This document shows, piece after piece, positions 1-9,301 of a DNA stretch of 32,000 nucleotides (position 1 is the first letter of the stretch; every line of letters begins with the position of its first letter). The DNA is from Phage C48C1: the sequence record OQ984149.1; one strand, written 5' to 3'. Under the pieces are notes generated by a model that saw nothing but the letters and a program-made list of their open reading frames with translations, searched no databases and was not told where the DNA came from. The position numbers and the translations under genes were made by a program.

Positions 1-2
1 TT

Positions 3-1580
3 GACTACAACGTCAAGGACGTGGAGTTGGTTCACAAGATCGATGAGAAACTCGACCTGATTTCTCTGGTTCTGACTATGGCGTATCGCGGTGGTGTGAA
101 CTACACAGACACTCTTGGTACTACTGCGATTTGGGATTCTATCATTTATCGTATGCTGAACAAGCAAAAGATCGTTATCCCGCCTAAAACAGAGAAACCC
201 AAGACTCCGTATCCTGGCGGGTATGTCAAAGAACCGCAAGTTGGCGCGCATGATTGGGTCACTTCATTTGATCTCAACTCACTGTACCCCAACATCATTG
301 TCCAGTATAATATGTCACCTGAAACTGTAGTTGATGGTATCGTTTCTGATGTCTCTGTCGAGAGTTTCTTGGCCGGTAGCACAGTCAATGATTCTGAGTA
401 TTCGCTCGCGCCCACGGGAGTTAGGTTCTCTCACGAACGCAAAGGCGTGATCCCGACAATTATTGAACATTATTATGCAGACCGACGTATCATTAAAGAC
501 AAGATGCTACAACTTGAGCAAGAATACCAGAAGAACCCTAGTAAATCTCTCCAGTATAAGATCACGTCACTAAACAATCAGCAGATGGCGATTAAGATTC
601 TAATGAACTCACTCTATGGCGCATTGGGTAACAAGTGGTTCCGTTACTTCGATCAACGAGTGGCCGAGTCTATTACGATGGCCGGTCAGTTAGCAATCAA
701 ATGGGCGGAAAGGACCGTGAACGCTGAGATGCAACAAATACTAGAAACAGATGAGGACTATGTTGTCGCAATCGATACTGACTCTGTTTATATCCGCATG
801 GGGGATCTGGTTGATAAGTTCCAACCTAAGAACCCTGTCGGGTTCTTGGATAAGATTTGTTCTACACATTTCGAAAAGAAACTGCGTAGTTCTTACGAGA
901 AGATGGCTGAAGTCAGCGGTGCGTATGTCAACCGCATGGAGATGGGACGCGAGGTGATTGCGGACCGTGGTATCTGGATGGCGAAGAAACGATACATCCT
1001 AAACGTCCACAACAACGAAGGCGTCCAGTACGCAGAACCTAAACTCAAGATGATGGGGATTGAGGCGATCAAGTCTTCGACTCCTCAGGTTGTCCGTGAC
1101 AAGTTCAAGCAGATCTTCCGCGTCCTTATTGAGGGCACCGAAAACGACACTCAAGGGTTTATCAGAGATTTCCGTGCTGAGTTTAAGAGTATGCCGCCGG
1201 AAGAAGTATCTTTCCCACGTGGTGTCTCTGATCTTGATAAGTGGATTGACCGCGAGACTATCTTTAAGAAAGCATGCCCGATTCATGTTCGTGGAGCTCT
1301 GTGCTATAACAATGCCCTAAGAGAGAATCAACTAGTTGCTAGGTATGAGTCCGTGAAGACTGGTGAGAAAGTCAAGTTTTGTTACCTGAAGATGCCAAAT
1401 GGTCTCGGTCAAAATGTCGTCAGTTTCCCGTTGAATTTGCCTCCAGAACTCAATTTGCACAAATACGTAGATTACGATATTATGTTCGACAAGACCTTCC
1501 TTGACCCACTAGAACCAATCCTTGATGCGGTCGGATGGAAGGCGGAACCTGCCGCAACCCTTGAGGACTTTTTTGGTTGA
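3..1580 (+). CDS. 43: DNA polymerase, family B (T4 gp43-like), 5' truncated by window edge
   Basis: In-frame sequence begins at base 3 ([16 protein letters not shown]). Motifs [20 protein letters not shown] (motif A), [12 protein letters not shown] (motif B) and [14 protein letters not shown] (motif C). Confidence 0.97.
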   Translation, partial: DYNVKDVELVHKIDEKLDLISLVLTMAYRGGVNYTDTLGTTAIWDSIIYRMLNKQKIVIPPKTEKPKTPYPGGYVKEPQVGAHDWVTSFDLNSLYPNIIVQYNMSPETVVDGIVSDVSVESFLAGSTVNDSEYSLAPTGVRFSHERKGVIPTIIEHYYADRRIIKDKMLQLEQEYQKNPSKSLQYKITSLNNQQMAIKILMNSLYGALGNKWFRYFDQRVAESITMAGQLAIKWAERTVNAEMQQILETDEDYVVAIDTDSVYIRMGDLVDKFQPKNPVGFLDKICSTHFEKKLRSSYEKMAEVSGAYVNRMEMGREVIADRGIWMAKKRYILNVHNNEGVQYAEPKLKMMGIEAIKSSTPQVVRDKFKQIFRVLIEGTENDTQGFIRDFRAEFKSMPPEEVSFPRGVSDLDKWIDRETIFKKACPIHVRGALCYNNALRENQLVARYESVKTGEKVKFCYLKMPNGLGQNVVSFPLNLPPELNLHKYVDYDIMFDKTFLDPLEPILDAVGWKAEPAATLEDFFG

Positions 1581-1605
1581 CAGGAAGATTATATTATAGT
1601 ATAAT
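1577..1605 (+). promoter_or_regulatory. sigma70-type promoter TTGACA-N17-TATAAT
   Basis: Exact consensus hexamers at 1577-1582 and 1600-1605, 17-nt spacer; predicted +1 at 1612. Confidence 0.85.
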
Positions 1606-1611
1606 ATGGGC

Positions 1612-2490
1612 ATGAAAAACCTAAAAACACCTCTTCGATATCCAGGCGGTAAATCACGTGCCGTTGATTTTTTATTTTCTTCGGGAAATATGCCTATCGC
1701 CAACATCCTTGAGTATCGCGAGATGTTTCTAGGTGGTGGGTCTTGCGCGATCGCATTTACTAAAAAGTTCCCTGACATTCCCGTCAAAGTCAACGACAAG
1801 TATTATAATTTATATTGCTTCTGGAAGTCTTTACAGAGCCGAGGACAAGAACTTGCGGACAAACTACACGCGGTAAAGGAAGAACTTTCTGCCGCAGAGG
1901 AATCTTTGCAGGCACACCTTGACTACTACCAAGTTATGCGCGAGGGTCTGGATACAGCAGAAGATCCTTTCGAGATCGCGTGGCGGTTTTATGTGATGAA
2001 CCGATGCTCGTTCAGTGGACTGGGTGAGTCTACAGGCTCGTTTTCAAAAGATGCAGTGTTTCAACAATTCACCCACCGACTAATCGGAAAACTACCTGCA
2101 TTCTCTGCGTTGATGCGTAACTGGGAGATCACTAACGAGGACTACTCTTATCTTCTAGAAGATGCTGACCAAAATACATTTATCTTCGCTGACCCACCCT
2201 ATGACATCAAGTCGTTTATTTACGGGAACAAAGGTGATATGCATGACTCATTTTGTCACAAACGTTTTCATGACGCGTTAGAGGCAACTAATGCGATGAC
2301 AATGATTACTTACAACTCGAACGAAACGTTAAAGCAAGCATATACCGGATGGAATCAGTTGGAGTGGGATTTAACCTACACTATGCACTCCGGTCAAAAA
2401 TATCGTGAAGATGAACATAACCGAAAAGAACTATTAATTTGGAACTATTCAGAGCAAGGTGAATCTACCCTTGACGCATTCTTCGGTTAA
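1612..2490 (+). CDS. dam: DNA adenine methyltransferase, D12 class (Dam-like)
   Basis: LRYPGGKSRA near the N-terminus and FADPPYDIKSF catalytic motif. The supplied ORF starts at 1606, but an in-frame ATG at 1612 coincides with the predicted transcription start. Confidence 0.9.
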   Translation: MKNLKTPLRYPGGKSRAVDFLFSSGNMPIANILEYREMFLGGGSCAIAFTKKFPDIPVKVNDKYYNLYCFWKSLQSRGQELADKLHAVKEELSAAEESLQAHLDYYQVMREGLDTAEDPFEIAWRFYVMNRCSFSGLGESTGSFSKDAVFQQFTHRLIGKLPAFSALMRNWEITNEDYSYLLEDADQNTFIFADPPYDIKSFIYGNKGDMHDSFCHKRFHDALEATNAMTMITYNSNETLKQAYTGWNQLEWDLTYTMHSGQKYREDEHNRKELLIWNYSEQGESTLDAFFG

Positions 2491-2499
2491 TAGTATAAT
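2471..2499 (+). promoter_or_regulatory. sigma70-type promoter TTGACG-N17-TATAAT
   Basis: -35 TTGACG at 2471-2476 inside the end of dam, -10 TATAAT at 2494-2499, predicted +1 at 2506. Confidence 0.75.
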
Positions 2500-2505
2500 A
2501 TCTGT

Positions 2506-3450
2506 ATGTATGAACTGACTCTATTCAAAAACCAGTTTGATAATAAGACGCACCGTCGGACTACCTTCCTTAATTGGATGGACTTCGTGGTTTGTCTTCG
2601 TGATTCTTACACAAAGCCAGGAGAGAAAGGTGGACCCAATAGTTCTCCTCTTCTTACTCCTGCTGTGTTCGACGTGGGTTCGACGCGTAGTAATCGATCT
2701 GTTCTATATTGGAGTCCTTGGTGTTGCGTTGACGTGGATGATCCTATTGACGGTTGCGGTGATGTCGAGTCTCTAAGAACGTGGTTGAACCGTAAGTATG
2801 GTCAGTATGACTATGTTGTCTACAACACAGCGAGTAGTACAGAAGAGCATCTGAAATTTCGAATCATATTCCGTCTCGATGAACAAATAGAGAACGCTCG
2901 TATCAAGGCGTTCTGGCACGCGCTTAATACTGAGCTGGGCGAGTTAGGCGATCCGCAGACGAAAGATCTGTCGCGTATGTACTACGTTCCCGCTCAGTAC
3001 CCTAACGCATACTCGTTCTTTATGGTGAACTCTGGAGGATCGTCCCTCAACGTATCTGAGTTGATCGCAAAACATCCATATCATGAAAAGACCGGAAATA
3101 CTTTTTTAGACCGTCTGCCGCCTGAAATGCAGAAAGCAGTAATACAGCACCGTAAAGATAGTCTAAATAACACCGACTACCGATGGTCGTCCTATCGTGA
3201 CTGTCCATTCTGGCCTCGTAAACTGGGTGCAGAATATCAGCAGATCTCTGGGACAGGTTGGTACAGTAAAATGTATAAGATTATGATTGCTATAGCCGGC
3301 AACGCATACTCTAAAGGGTATCCAATTACCGCGAAGCAAATAGCAGACCTTTGTCGAGAGTTTGATGTCGATACTGGTAATTGGTATGAAAACAGACCCC
3401 TAACAGCGGAAGCGGATAGGGCATTAGAATATATTTACAGGAATGGATAA
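2506..3450 (+). CDS. Candidate AEP-type primase-like / replication protein
   Basis: CCVDVDDP (hDhD-like), YNTASSTEEHLKFRIIFRLDE, and LSRMYYVPAQYP resemble the AEP/phage replication-protein pattern; recognised by eye only. Confidence 0.4.
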   Translation: MYELTLFKNQFDNKTHRRTTFLNWMDFVVCLRDSYTKPGEKGGPNSSPLLTPAVFDVGSTRSNRSVLYWSPWCCVDVDDPIDGCGDVESLRTWLNRKYGQYDYVVYNTASSTEEHLKFRIIFRLDEQIENARIKAFWHALNTELGELGDPQTKDLSRMYYVPAQYPNAYSFFMVNSGGSSLNVSELIAKHPYHEKTGNTFLDRLPPEMQKAVIQHRKDSLNNTDYRWSSYRDCPFWPRKLGAEYQQISGTGWYSKMYKIMIAIAGNAYSKGYPITAKQIADLCREFDVDTGNWYENRPLTAEADRALEYIYRNG

Positions 3451-4393
3451 AATGGAACGAGTATTAGTAACAGGTGCCGCTGGTTTTATCGGAGCACAAC
3501 TTGCAAGGCGATTGATGGATCGTGGACTTGTTGTCAAAGGTATTGATAACTTCAATGATCATCTTTACACGCCAAAATTAAAACGTGATCGAATGGTTCA
3601 TTTTGATCTTGATATCTGGGGATGTGACCTTAAAGACGAAATCAAAGTCGAAGCATTGGTTCGAGATTTTAAACCCGACACTATTGTCCACCTTGCCGCA
3701 ATGGCGGGCGTGCGTGACTCTCTTGGTAAAGAGAAGAGTTATCATTCAAACAATATCGATGCGACTCAGAATCTTATTGATGTTTGTAGAAACCACTTTC
3801 CAGAAGTGAGAATCGTTTATGCGTCAACATCATGCATCTACGCGGGCGCTCCTGTGCCTTGGGTAGAAGGACGTGAGCACGGTAAACAGTTGAACGCATA
3901 TGGTTATACCAAATGGGCAAACGAGTGTCAGATGCAGTCTTCTGGACTGAATACAGTCGGTCTGCGGTTCTTCACAGTCTATGGTCCATGGGGTCGCCCT
4001 GACATGGCATTATTTGATTTTACGAAAAATATACTTGACGAAAAGGAAATAACAGTATATAATTATGGGGATATGAAGCGTGACTTTACCTATGTTGATG
4101 ACATCTTGGACGGCATTCAGATTGTCTTAGACAATACTGATATTGAACCTGGAGAAATCTTTAATATTGGTCGTGGTGAACAAGTCGCGCTTATGGACTT
4201 TATCGGCGAGATTGAAAAAAATACGGGTAAAGAAGCAATTAAGAACTTAGCTCCAAAACACCCTGCTGACACAAAAGAGACATGGTCTGACACAACCAAG
4301 TTACAGTCGCTGGGATATCAACCAAAGGTTAGTATCGCAGAAGGTGTAGAGAAGTTTTATGAATGGTACAAGTCTTATCATAAGGTAGATTAA
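3443..4393 (+). CDS. NAD-dependent nucleotide-sugar epimerase/dehydratase (UDP-glucuronate 4-epimerase-like)
   Basis: VLVTGAAGFIGAQLARRL Rossmann motif, HLAAMAGVRDSL, YASTSCIYAG, and YTKWANE (YxxxK). Confidence 0.85.
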   Translation: MDKMERVLVTGAAGFIGAQLARRLMDRGLVVKGIDNFNDHLYTPKLKRDRMVHFDLDIWGCDLKDEIKVEALVRDFKPDTIVHLAAMAGVRDSLGKEKSYHSNNIDATQNLIDVCRNHFPEVRIVYASTSCIYAGAPVPWVEGREHGKQLNAYGYTKWANECQMQSSGLNTVGLRFFTVYGPWGRPDMALFDFTKNILDEKEITVYNYGDMKRDFTYVDDILDGIQIVLDNTDIEPGEIFNIGRGEQVALMDFIGEIEKNTGKEAIKNLAPKHPADTKETWSDTTKLQSLGYQPKVSIAEGVEKFYEWYKSYHKVD

Positions 4394-5352
4394 TGAGACA
4401 GTTTAGTAAAAGAAAGAACAACAATATATTCAAGATTGGTATTGTCGGTCATGGGTTCGTGGGGCAAGCAGTAGAGTATGCATTTACTCATCCACTGGTT
4501 GAATTTCAATTATTCGACCCGAAGTATAATACAAGCGTTGATGATTTAGAAGGCGTCAGCCCAGAAGAATCGCCACATTGTTTCTTCATTTCTGCACCTA
4601 CACCGTCAAACGACGACGGATCGGTCAATTCATCTATCGTAGAAACTGCAGTGATCAAGTGTCTAAATTATACAGACGCGACGGTCATTGTAAAATCTAC
4701 GATTACGCCAGATGTTATTAACCGATTGTATGGTGCAATGGATAAAGAACAGCGGGATCGATTCTGCTACAATCCTGAGTTTTTGACGGAAAAGAATGCT
4801 AAGGCAGACTTTGTGACTGCTAAGTTTCATGTTATGGGCGGTACCCCGCAAGCAGTTATGGAAGTCACTGATATCTATGAGATCTTCAGTGCCTGTGAGT
4901 CAAATGATTATCATCGCATGACTGCATATGAAGCTTCTTTTGTGAAGTATACTATCAATTCGTTCCTGTCTACTAAGATTACATTCTTTAATCAGTTATA
5001 TGATCTGGTGAATCTTTACGGGTGTAACTACAACACTGTAGTCCGTGCCGCAGGTAAAGATGATCGTGTAGGTATGGGGCACACAAGAGTCCCAGGATTC
5101 GATGGTAAGCGTGGGTTTGGTGGCGCATGTCTTCCAAAAGACACAAAGGCATTCCTACGTTTCTCAACTCATGAAGATACAGATGGTAATCAAATTTGTT
5201 TTGATTTACTTGAAAAAGTGCTTGACATCAATAGTGATTATAGGGTACAATATGATCTTGATGAACGCGAAAAGGTGAACAACATTACCTTTGTAAACTT
5301 TGGAGATAAGAATGTCCATAATGGAAAAACTGAAGAAGAACTCGAAGATTAA
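4393..5352 (+). CDS. UDP-glucose/GDP-mannose dehydrogenase family (UDP-glucose 6-dehydrogenase-like)
   Basis: IGIVGHGFVGQAVE, ISAPTPSNDDGSVN, VKSTITPDV, NPEFLTEKNA, and FGGACLPKDTKAF (catalytic Cys motif). Confidence 0.88.
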   Translation: MRQFSKRKNNNIFKIGIVGHGFVGQAVEYAFTHPLVEFQLFDPKYNTSVDDLEGVSPEESPHCFFISAPTPSNDDGSVNSSIVETAVIKCLNYTDATVIVKSTITPDVINRLYGAMDKEQRDRFCYNPEFLTEKNAKADFVTAKFHVMGGTPQAVMEVTDIYEIFSACESNDYHRMTAYEASFVKYTINSFLSTKITFFNQLYDLVNLYGCNYNTVVRAAGKDDRVGMGHTRVPGFDGKRGFGGACLPKDTKAFLRFSTHEDTDGNQICFDLLEKVLDINSDYRVQYDLDEREKVNNITFVNFGDKNVHNGKTEEELED

Positions 5353-6364
5353 AGAGACTTCTACTTTATCAACGAGTAAATTCTTCACAGAGAAAGATAT
5401 GGTTCCGACAGATGTTCCTATGGTGAACGTCGCATTGTCGGGATCTATTAATGGTGGTGTGACGCCTGGACTTACTGTCCTTGCTGGTCCATCAAAACAC
5501 TTCAAGACATCATTTGCTTTACTCATGGCGGGCGCATACTTAAATGCCAAACCAGATGCGGTGATGTTGTTTTATGATTCGGAGTTTGGTTCGCCTCAGT
5601 CATATTTTGAGCAGTTCGGGATTGACACTGATCGCGTGTTACATACCCCGATCGCGAATGTCGAAGAACTGAAGTTTGACATGATCAATCAGCTAGACAA
5701 CCTTGAACGTAATGACGACGTGATTATCGTGATTGATTCTATCGGCAACCTTGCTTCAAAGAAAGAGTTGGAGGACGCGCTGAACGAGAAGGGTGTGGCG
5801 GACATGTCTCGCGCGAAGGCGCTAAAGGGTTTGTTCCGGATGTCTACTCCCTACCTTGCGATGAAGAACATCCCAATGATTGCGATCAATCACACGTATA
5901 AAGAGATTGGTCTATTCCCGAAAGATATCGTTAGTGGCGGCACAGGAATTTATTATTCAGCAGACAACATCTGGATTATCGGTCGTCGTCAAGAGAAACA
6001 AGGTGCCGAGATTGTAGGGTACGATTTTGTGATCAACGTAGAAAAGTCTCGTTATGTCAAAGAAAAGTCTAAGATCCCGATTGGTGTCTCTTGGGAAGGT
6101 GGTGTTCAGAAATATAGCGGTTTACTTGATGTTGCTCTTGTTGGTGGGTACGTTATTAAGCCTTCTAACGGTTGGTATTGTCGAGTTGACACTACTACAG
6201 GCGAAATCGTTGGGAATAAAGTACGAACGAAGGATACCTTAAACGCAGAGTTCTGGGAACCTATTTTTGAAACAACAGACTTTGCTGGATTCCTTGAGAA
6301 GACATATAAGATTGGTCACAATAGCGTGATTAACGCAGAGACAATTGTCGAGGAGGCGGTGTGA
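5315..6364 (+). CDS. uvsX: UvsX/RecA-like recombinase
   Basis: LAGPSKHFKTSFAL (Walker A-like), VIIVIDSIGNLASKKE, MIAINHTYKEIG, and VSGGTGIYYSADNIWIIGR. ORF opens at 5300; MSIMEKLKK at 5315 is the more typical start. Confidence 0.9.
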   Translation, partial: SIMEKLKKNSKIKETSTLSTSKFFTEKDMVPTDVPMVNVALSGSINGGVTPGLTVLAGPSKHFKTSFALLMAGAYLNAKPDAVMLFYDSEFGSPQSYFEQFGIDTDRVLHTPIANVEELKFDMINQLDNLERNDDVIIVIDSIGNLASKKELEDALNEKGVADMSRAKALKGLFRMSTPYLAMKNIPMIAINHTYKEIGLFPKDIVSGGTGIYYSADNIWIIGRRQEKQGAEIVGYDFVINVEKSRYVKEKSKIPIGVSWEGGVQKYSGLLDVALVGGYVIKPSNGWYCRVDTTTGEIVGNKVRTKDTLNAEFWEPIFETTDFAGFLEKTYKIGHNSVINAETIVEEAV

Positions 6365-6699
6365 AAGAACTAGATTTAGATAAACCATCTGAGTTTCTGG
6401 ATTATAAACTAGACCCAGTTGTAGTAGATGGTGTTGATGCTTGGAATGTTAGTCTACTGCGTCAACCATACAACGATGTAGTAATTCGTTATAATAACGT
6501 AAGGGTAGATGCTGATAATTCGCAAATAACTTTTAACTTCGATGTTGTTGACACGCCTAACCCAAACGTGTATAATACAGCAAATACCGAGTTGCAACAA
6601 TTTGCAGCTGACGTATTAGAAGATATTTTAGAGGCGGCAATTAATACTTATGACGGAAATAAATCTACAACAGACGATTCTACGGAATCTACTGACTAA
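6361..6699 (+). CDS. Hypothetical acidic phage protein
   Basis: ORF of 112 aa in tight synteny, overlapping uvsX by 4 nt and the helicase ORF. Confidence 0.65.
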   Translation: MKELDLDKPSEFLDYKLDPVVVDGVDAWNVSLLRQPYNDVVIRYNNVRVDADNSQITFNFDVVDTPNPNVYNTANTELQQFAADVLEDILEAAINTYDGNKSTTDDSTESTD

Positions 6700-8044
6700 C
6701 GACTCTTATATGAGGAAGGTCGCCCCCTTCCTCTCTCCTGAATACTTTGAGGGAGCCTACAAAGGTCTCTTTAAAGAGTTCACTTCATATATCGCGAAGT
6801 TTAACAGCCTTCCCACTAAAGAAGCATTCAAGATAGAAATCGATGCAGCAGACCGATTATCTGACGATCACTATCGCGTTGCGATGGAGATTCTCCCTGA
6901 TATATTTAAGTATTCAGAGGAAGATCTCGCTTGGTTAGTCGATCGTACAGAAAAGTGGTGTCAAGATCGTGCTGTGTTTAATGCGGTCATGGAATCAATA
7001 ACAATTATTGATGGCAATCACCAAAGTCTGTCACGTAATGCCATACCAGACGTCTTGTCCAAAGCATTGGGTGTTACCTTTGACACGAATATTGGTCACG
7101 ACTACCTTGAGTCGGTGGATGAACGATATGACTTTTATACGCAAGATGAAGAGCGTCTACCGTTCGATTTGGACTTCTTTAACCGAATCACTAAGGGTGG
7201 ACTACCTAATAAAACCCTCAACATCGCACTGGCGGGTACGGGTGTCGGTAAATCCCTCTTCATGTGTCATTGTGCTGGAGCTGCCCTATCACAAGGGAAG
7301 AATGTCCTTTACATCACTATGGAGATGGCTGAGGAACGCATCGCAGAACGGATCGACGCGAATCTACTCAACGTTCCGATAGATCAGTTGGAGCATCTGA
7401 GTAGGGACATGTTTTCAAACCGCGTTAAGTCTATTGCAGATAAGACGACTGGTAAACTGATCATAAAGGAATACCCCACTGGTAGCGCACATGCGAACCA
7501 CTTCCGTGCACTACTGAATGAACTAAAATTAAAGAAGAAGTTTATGCCTGATATCATATTCATTGATTATCTGAATATCTGCGCTTCTTCCCGAATGAAG
7601 AGTATGGGCGGTGCTATTAACTCGTATACGTATATCAAGTCTATTGCTGAAGAGCTACGTGGCCTTGCCGTGGAATTCGACGTGCCGCTCGTGTCTGCAA
7701 CGCAGACGACTCGTTCTGGTTACTCTAATGATGACTTGGGGCTTGAAGATACGTCCGAGTCTTTTGGACTACCCGCAACCGCCGACCTCATGTTCGCACT
7801 TATCTCGAACGACGAACTAAGTTCTCATAATCAGATATTAGTTAAACAACTGAAGAATAGATACAACGATCCACATATGTCACAGAAGTTTGTTTTGGGT
7901 ATTGATCGCAGTAAAATGCGGCTATATGACGTAGATCAAAATGACTCTCCGCTAAATAAAAGTGAAGATAATGGTTCAGTATTTGATAACTCTACCGCAG
8001 GACAGCGAGTCAACACAGAACGTTTCGCTGACTTCACTCTTTAA
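6650..8044 (+). CDS. 41: DnaB-like replicative helicase (T4 gp41-like)
   Basis: NIALAGTGVGKSLFMCHCA (Walker A), YITMEMAEERIAERID, DIIFIDYLNIC (Walker B), and LVSATQTTRSGY. Confidence 0.93.
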   Translation: MTEINLQQTILRNLLTNDSYMRKVAPFLSPEYFEGAYKGLFKEFTSYIAKFNSLPTKEAFKIEIDAADRLSDDHYRVAMEILPDIFKYSEEDLAWLVDRTEKWCQDRAVFNAVMESITIIDGNHQSLSRNAIPDVLSKALGVTFDTNIGHDYLESVDERYDFYTQDEERLPFDLDFFNRITKGGLPNKTLNIALAGTGVGKSLFMCHCAGAALSQGKNVLYITMEMAEERIAERIDANLLNVPIDQLEHLSRDMFSNRVKSIADKTTGKLIIKEYPTGSAHANHFRALLNELKLKKKFMPDIIFIDYLNICASSRMKSMGGAINSYTYIKSIAEELRGLAVEFDVPLVSATQTTRSGYSNDDLGLEDTSESFGLPATADLMFALISNDELSSHNQILVKQLKNRYNDPHMSQKFVLGIDRSKMRLYDVDQNDSPLNKSEDNGSVFDNSTAGQRVNTERFADFTL

Positions 8045-8055
8045 GGAGTCCTTAC

Positions 8056-8241
8056 ATGGATCCAATATTACACACGTTAATAGCATTGACTTTGATGTAC
8101 ATCCCTTACGTCTTAGGTCGTTTCATGGGAACGCAGAAAGGTATTAATTCTACAGTTGCATACTTCCTACATATGGGGGTTGTTACTGAAGACGACATAA
8201 AGAAAGCAAACGAAAAGTTTGATAGAGACAATTTTGATTAA
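8056..8241 (+). CDS. Small hypothetical protein with N-terminal hydrophobic segment
   Basis: 61 aa ORF 11 nt after gp41 with GGAG-like spacing. Confidence 0.55.
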   Translation: MDPILHTLIALTLMYIPYVLGRFMGTQKGINSTVAYFLHMGVVTEDDIKKANEKFDRDNFD

Positions 8242-8255
8242 ATCCCCTTATCGTC

Positions 8256-8930
8256 ATGACTGAAGTTGTAATTCGTAATAAAGAAATGTTAGACGTTCTC
8301 AACGGATTCTCTGAAGAGATGCTGTCTAAACCGTCGTACAACGACAAAAAGTATTGGACTTATCGTGAAGAAAAGGATGTTGACTTGGGGTCTTACTACA
8401 CCTCAAGTGAGTATCTGATAGAATGCCTTTCACGAGACAGTCTGGTTGGCCCGCCCGATCGGTATTTCGCACAACCGATAGCAAAAATGGTGCGTGAAGA
8501 TAAAGAAACTTGGGGAGACTTTATGCAGAAGGTCAAGTACGATTTCGCATCGGAACTTGGCGCACACACTTCTGCGTTACTCTCTTACTACCCTCCAGGC
8601 GGTTTCGTCGGATGGCATACTAACTACGACGCCAACGCGTATCAGGTTCTGTTCACTTGGTCGGAGACCGGAGAAGGGTTCTTCGAGTACTACGATAAAC
8701 AGAATGATAAAATCATTAAGATCGACGATGTCCCAGGATGGCAGTGTCGTCACTACTACTTTGGCGCAGAACAAGAAGAAGACTTGCACTGCTGGCACGC
8801 TGCATATACAGAATGTCAACGCATTACCCTCGCCTATAAGTTCGTCAACAACGGAAGCATAAATAATCCCGAAGACGCGCAGGCGCGCGCCATGCGTGAT
8901 ATGCTTATTGAAGACATCGAGACAGAGTAA
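8256..8930 (+). CDS. 2OG-Fe(II) oxygenase-like protein
   Basis: YYPPGGFVGWHTNYD ... WHAAYTECQRITLAYKF matches the phage 2OG oxygenase layout. Confidence 0.75.
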   Translation: MTEVVIRNKEMLDVLNGFSEEMLSKPSYNDKKYWTYREEKDVDLGSYYTSSEYLIECLSRDSLVGPPDRYFAQPIAKMVREDKETWGDFMQKVKYDFASELGAHTSALLSYYPPGGFVGWHTNYDANAYQVLFTWSETGEGFFEYYDKQNDKIIKIDDVPGWQCRHYYFGAEQEEDLHCWHAAYTECQRITLAYKFVNNGSINNPEDAQARAMRDMLIEDIETE

Positions 8931-9301
8931 TGTATTCTGATAAAGTTATAGATCACTACGAGAACCCACGCAATGTGGGTAAGATGGACAGGGAAGATGA
9001 AAACGTCGGAACTGGAATGGTTGGTGCACCTGCGTGTGGTGATGTAATGCAGCTACAGATACGAGTCGAGGACGGAATCATTGAAGACGCAAAGTTTAAG
9101 ACTTATGGTTGTGGCAGTGCTATTGCTAGCAGTTCTTTACTCACCGAATGGGTCAAAGGAAAAAGTCTCGAAGACGCTGGGAATATCACTAATACAGAAC
9201 TAGCGAAAGAACTCTCGCTCCCACCAGTAAAAATCCATTGCAGTGTACTCGCAGAGGATGCGATCAAAGCTGCCATCAAAGATTACAAAGAGAAGAACTA
9301 A
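8930..9301 (+). CDS. iscU: Iron-sulfur cluster assembly scaffold IscU/NifU-N
   Basis: YSDKVIDHYENPRNVGKM, VGAPACGDVMQLQI, TYGCGSAIASSSLLTEW, and LPPVKIHCSVLAEDAIKAAI; all three scaffold cysteines present. Confidence 0.95.
   Translation: MYSDKVIDHYENPRNVGKMDREDENVGTGMVGAPACGDVMQLQIRVEDGIIEDAKFKTYGCGSAIASSSLLTEWVKGKSLEDAGNITNTELAKELSLPPVKIHCSVLAEDAIKAAIKDYKEKN

Noticed and set aside
999-1286. Numerous minus-strand and alternate-frame ORFs in the track, for example 999-1286 -, 14438-13968 -, 23178-23837 - and 26109-26402 -
   Set aside because: They are antisense to strongly supported genes (or to a tRNA in the case of 23178-23837), have low-complexity shadow compositions and lack recognisable motifs.
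6712-6733. Hairpin GAGGAAGG-TCGCCC-CCTTCCTC looked like a terminator after ORF 6361-6699
   Set aside because: It lies inside the DnaB-like helicase coding region (MRKVAPFL...), whose N-terminus is family-like, and it lacks a U-tract.
9238-9300. N-terminal extension MQCTRRGCDQSCHQRLQREE of the 9238-10074 ORF
   Set aside because: It is out-of-frame reading of the iscU 3' end; ATG 9301 is preceded by the typical TAATG junction and gives a better N-terminus.
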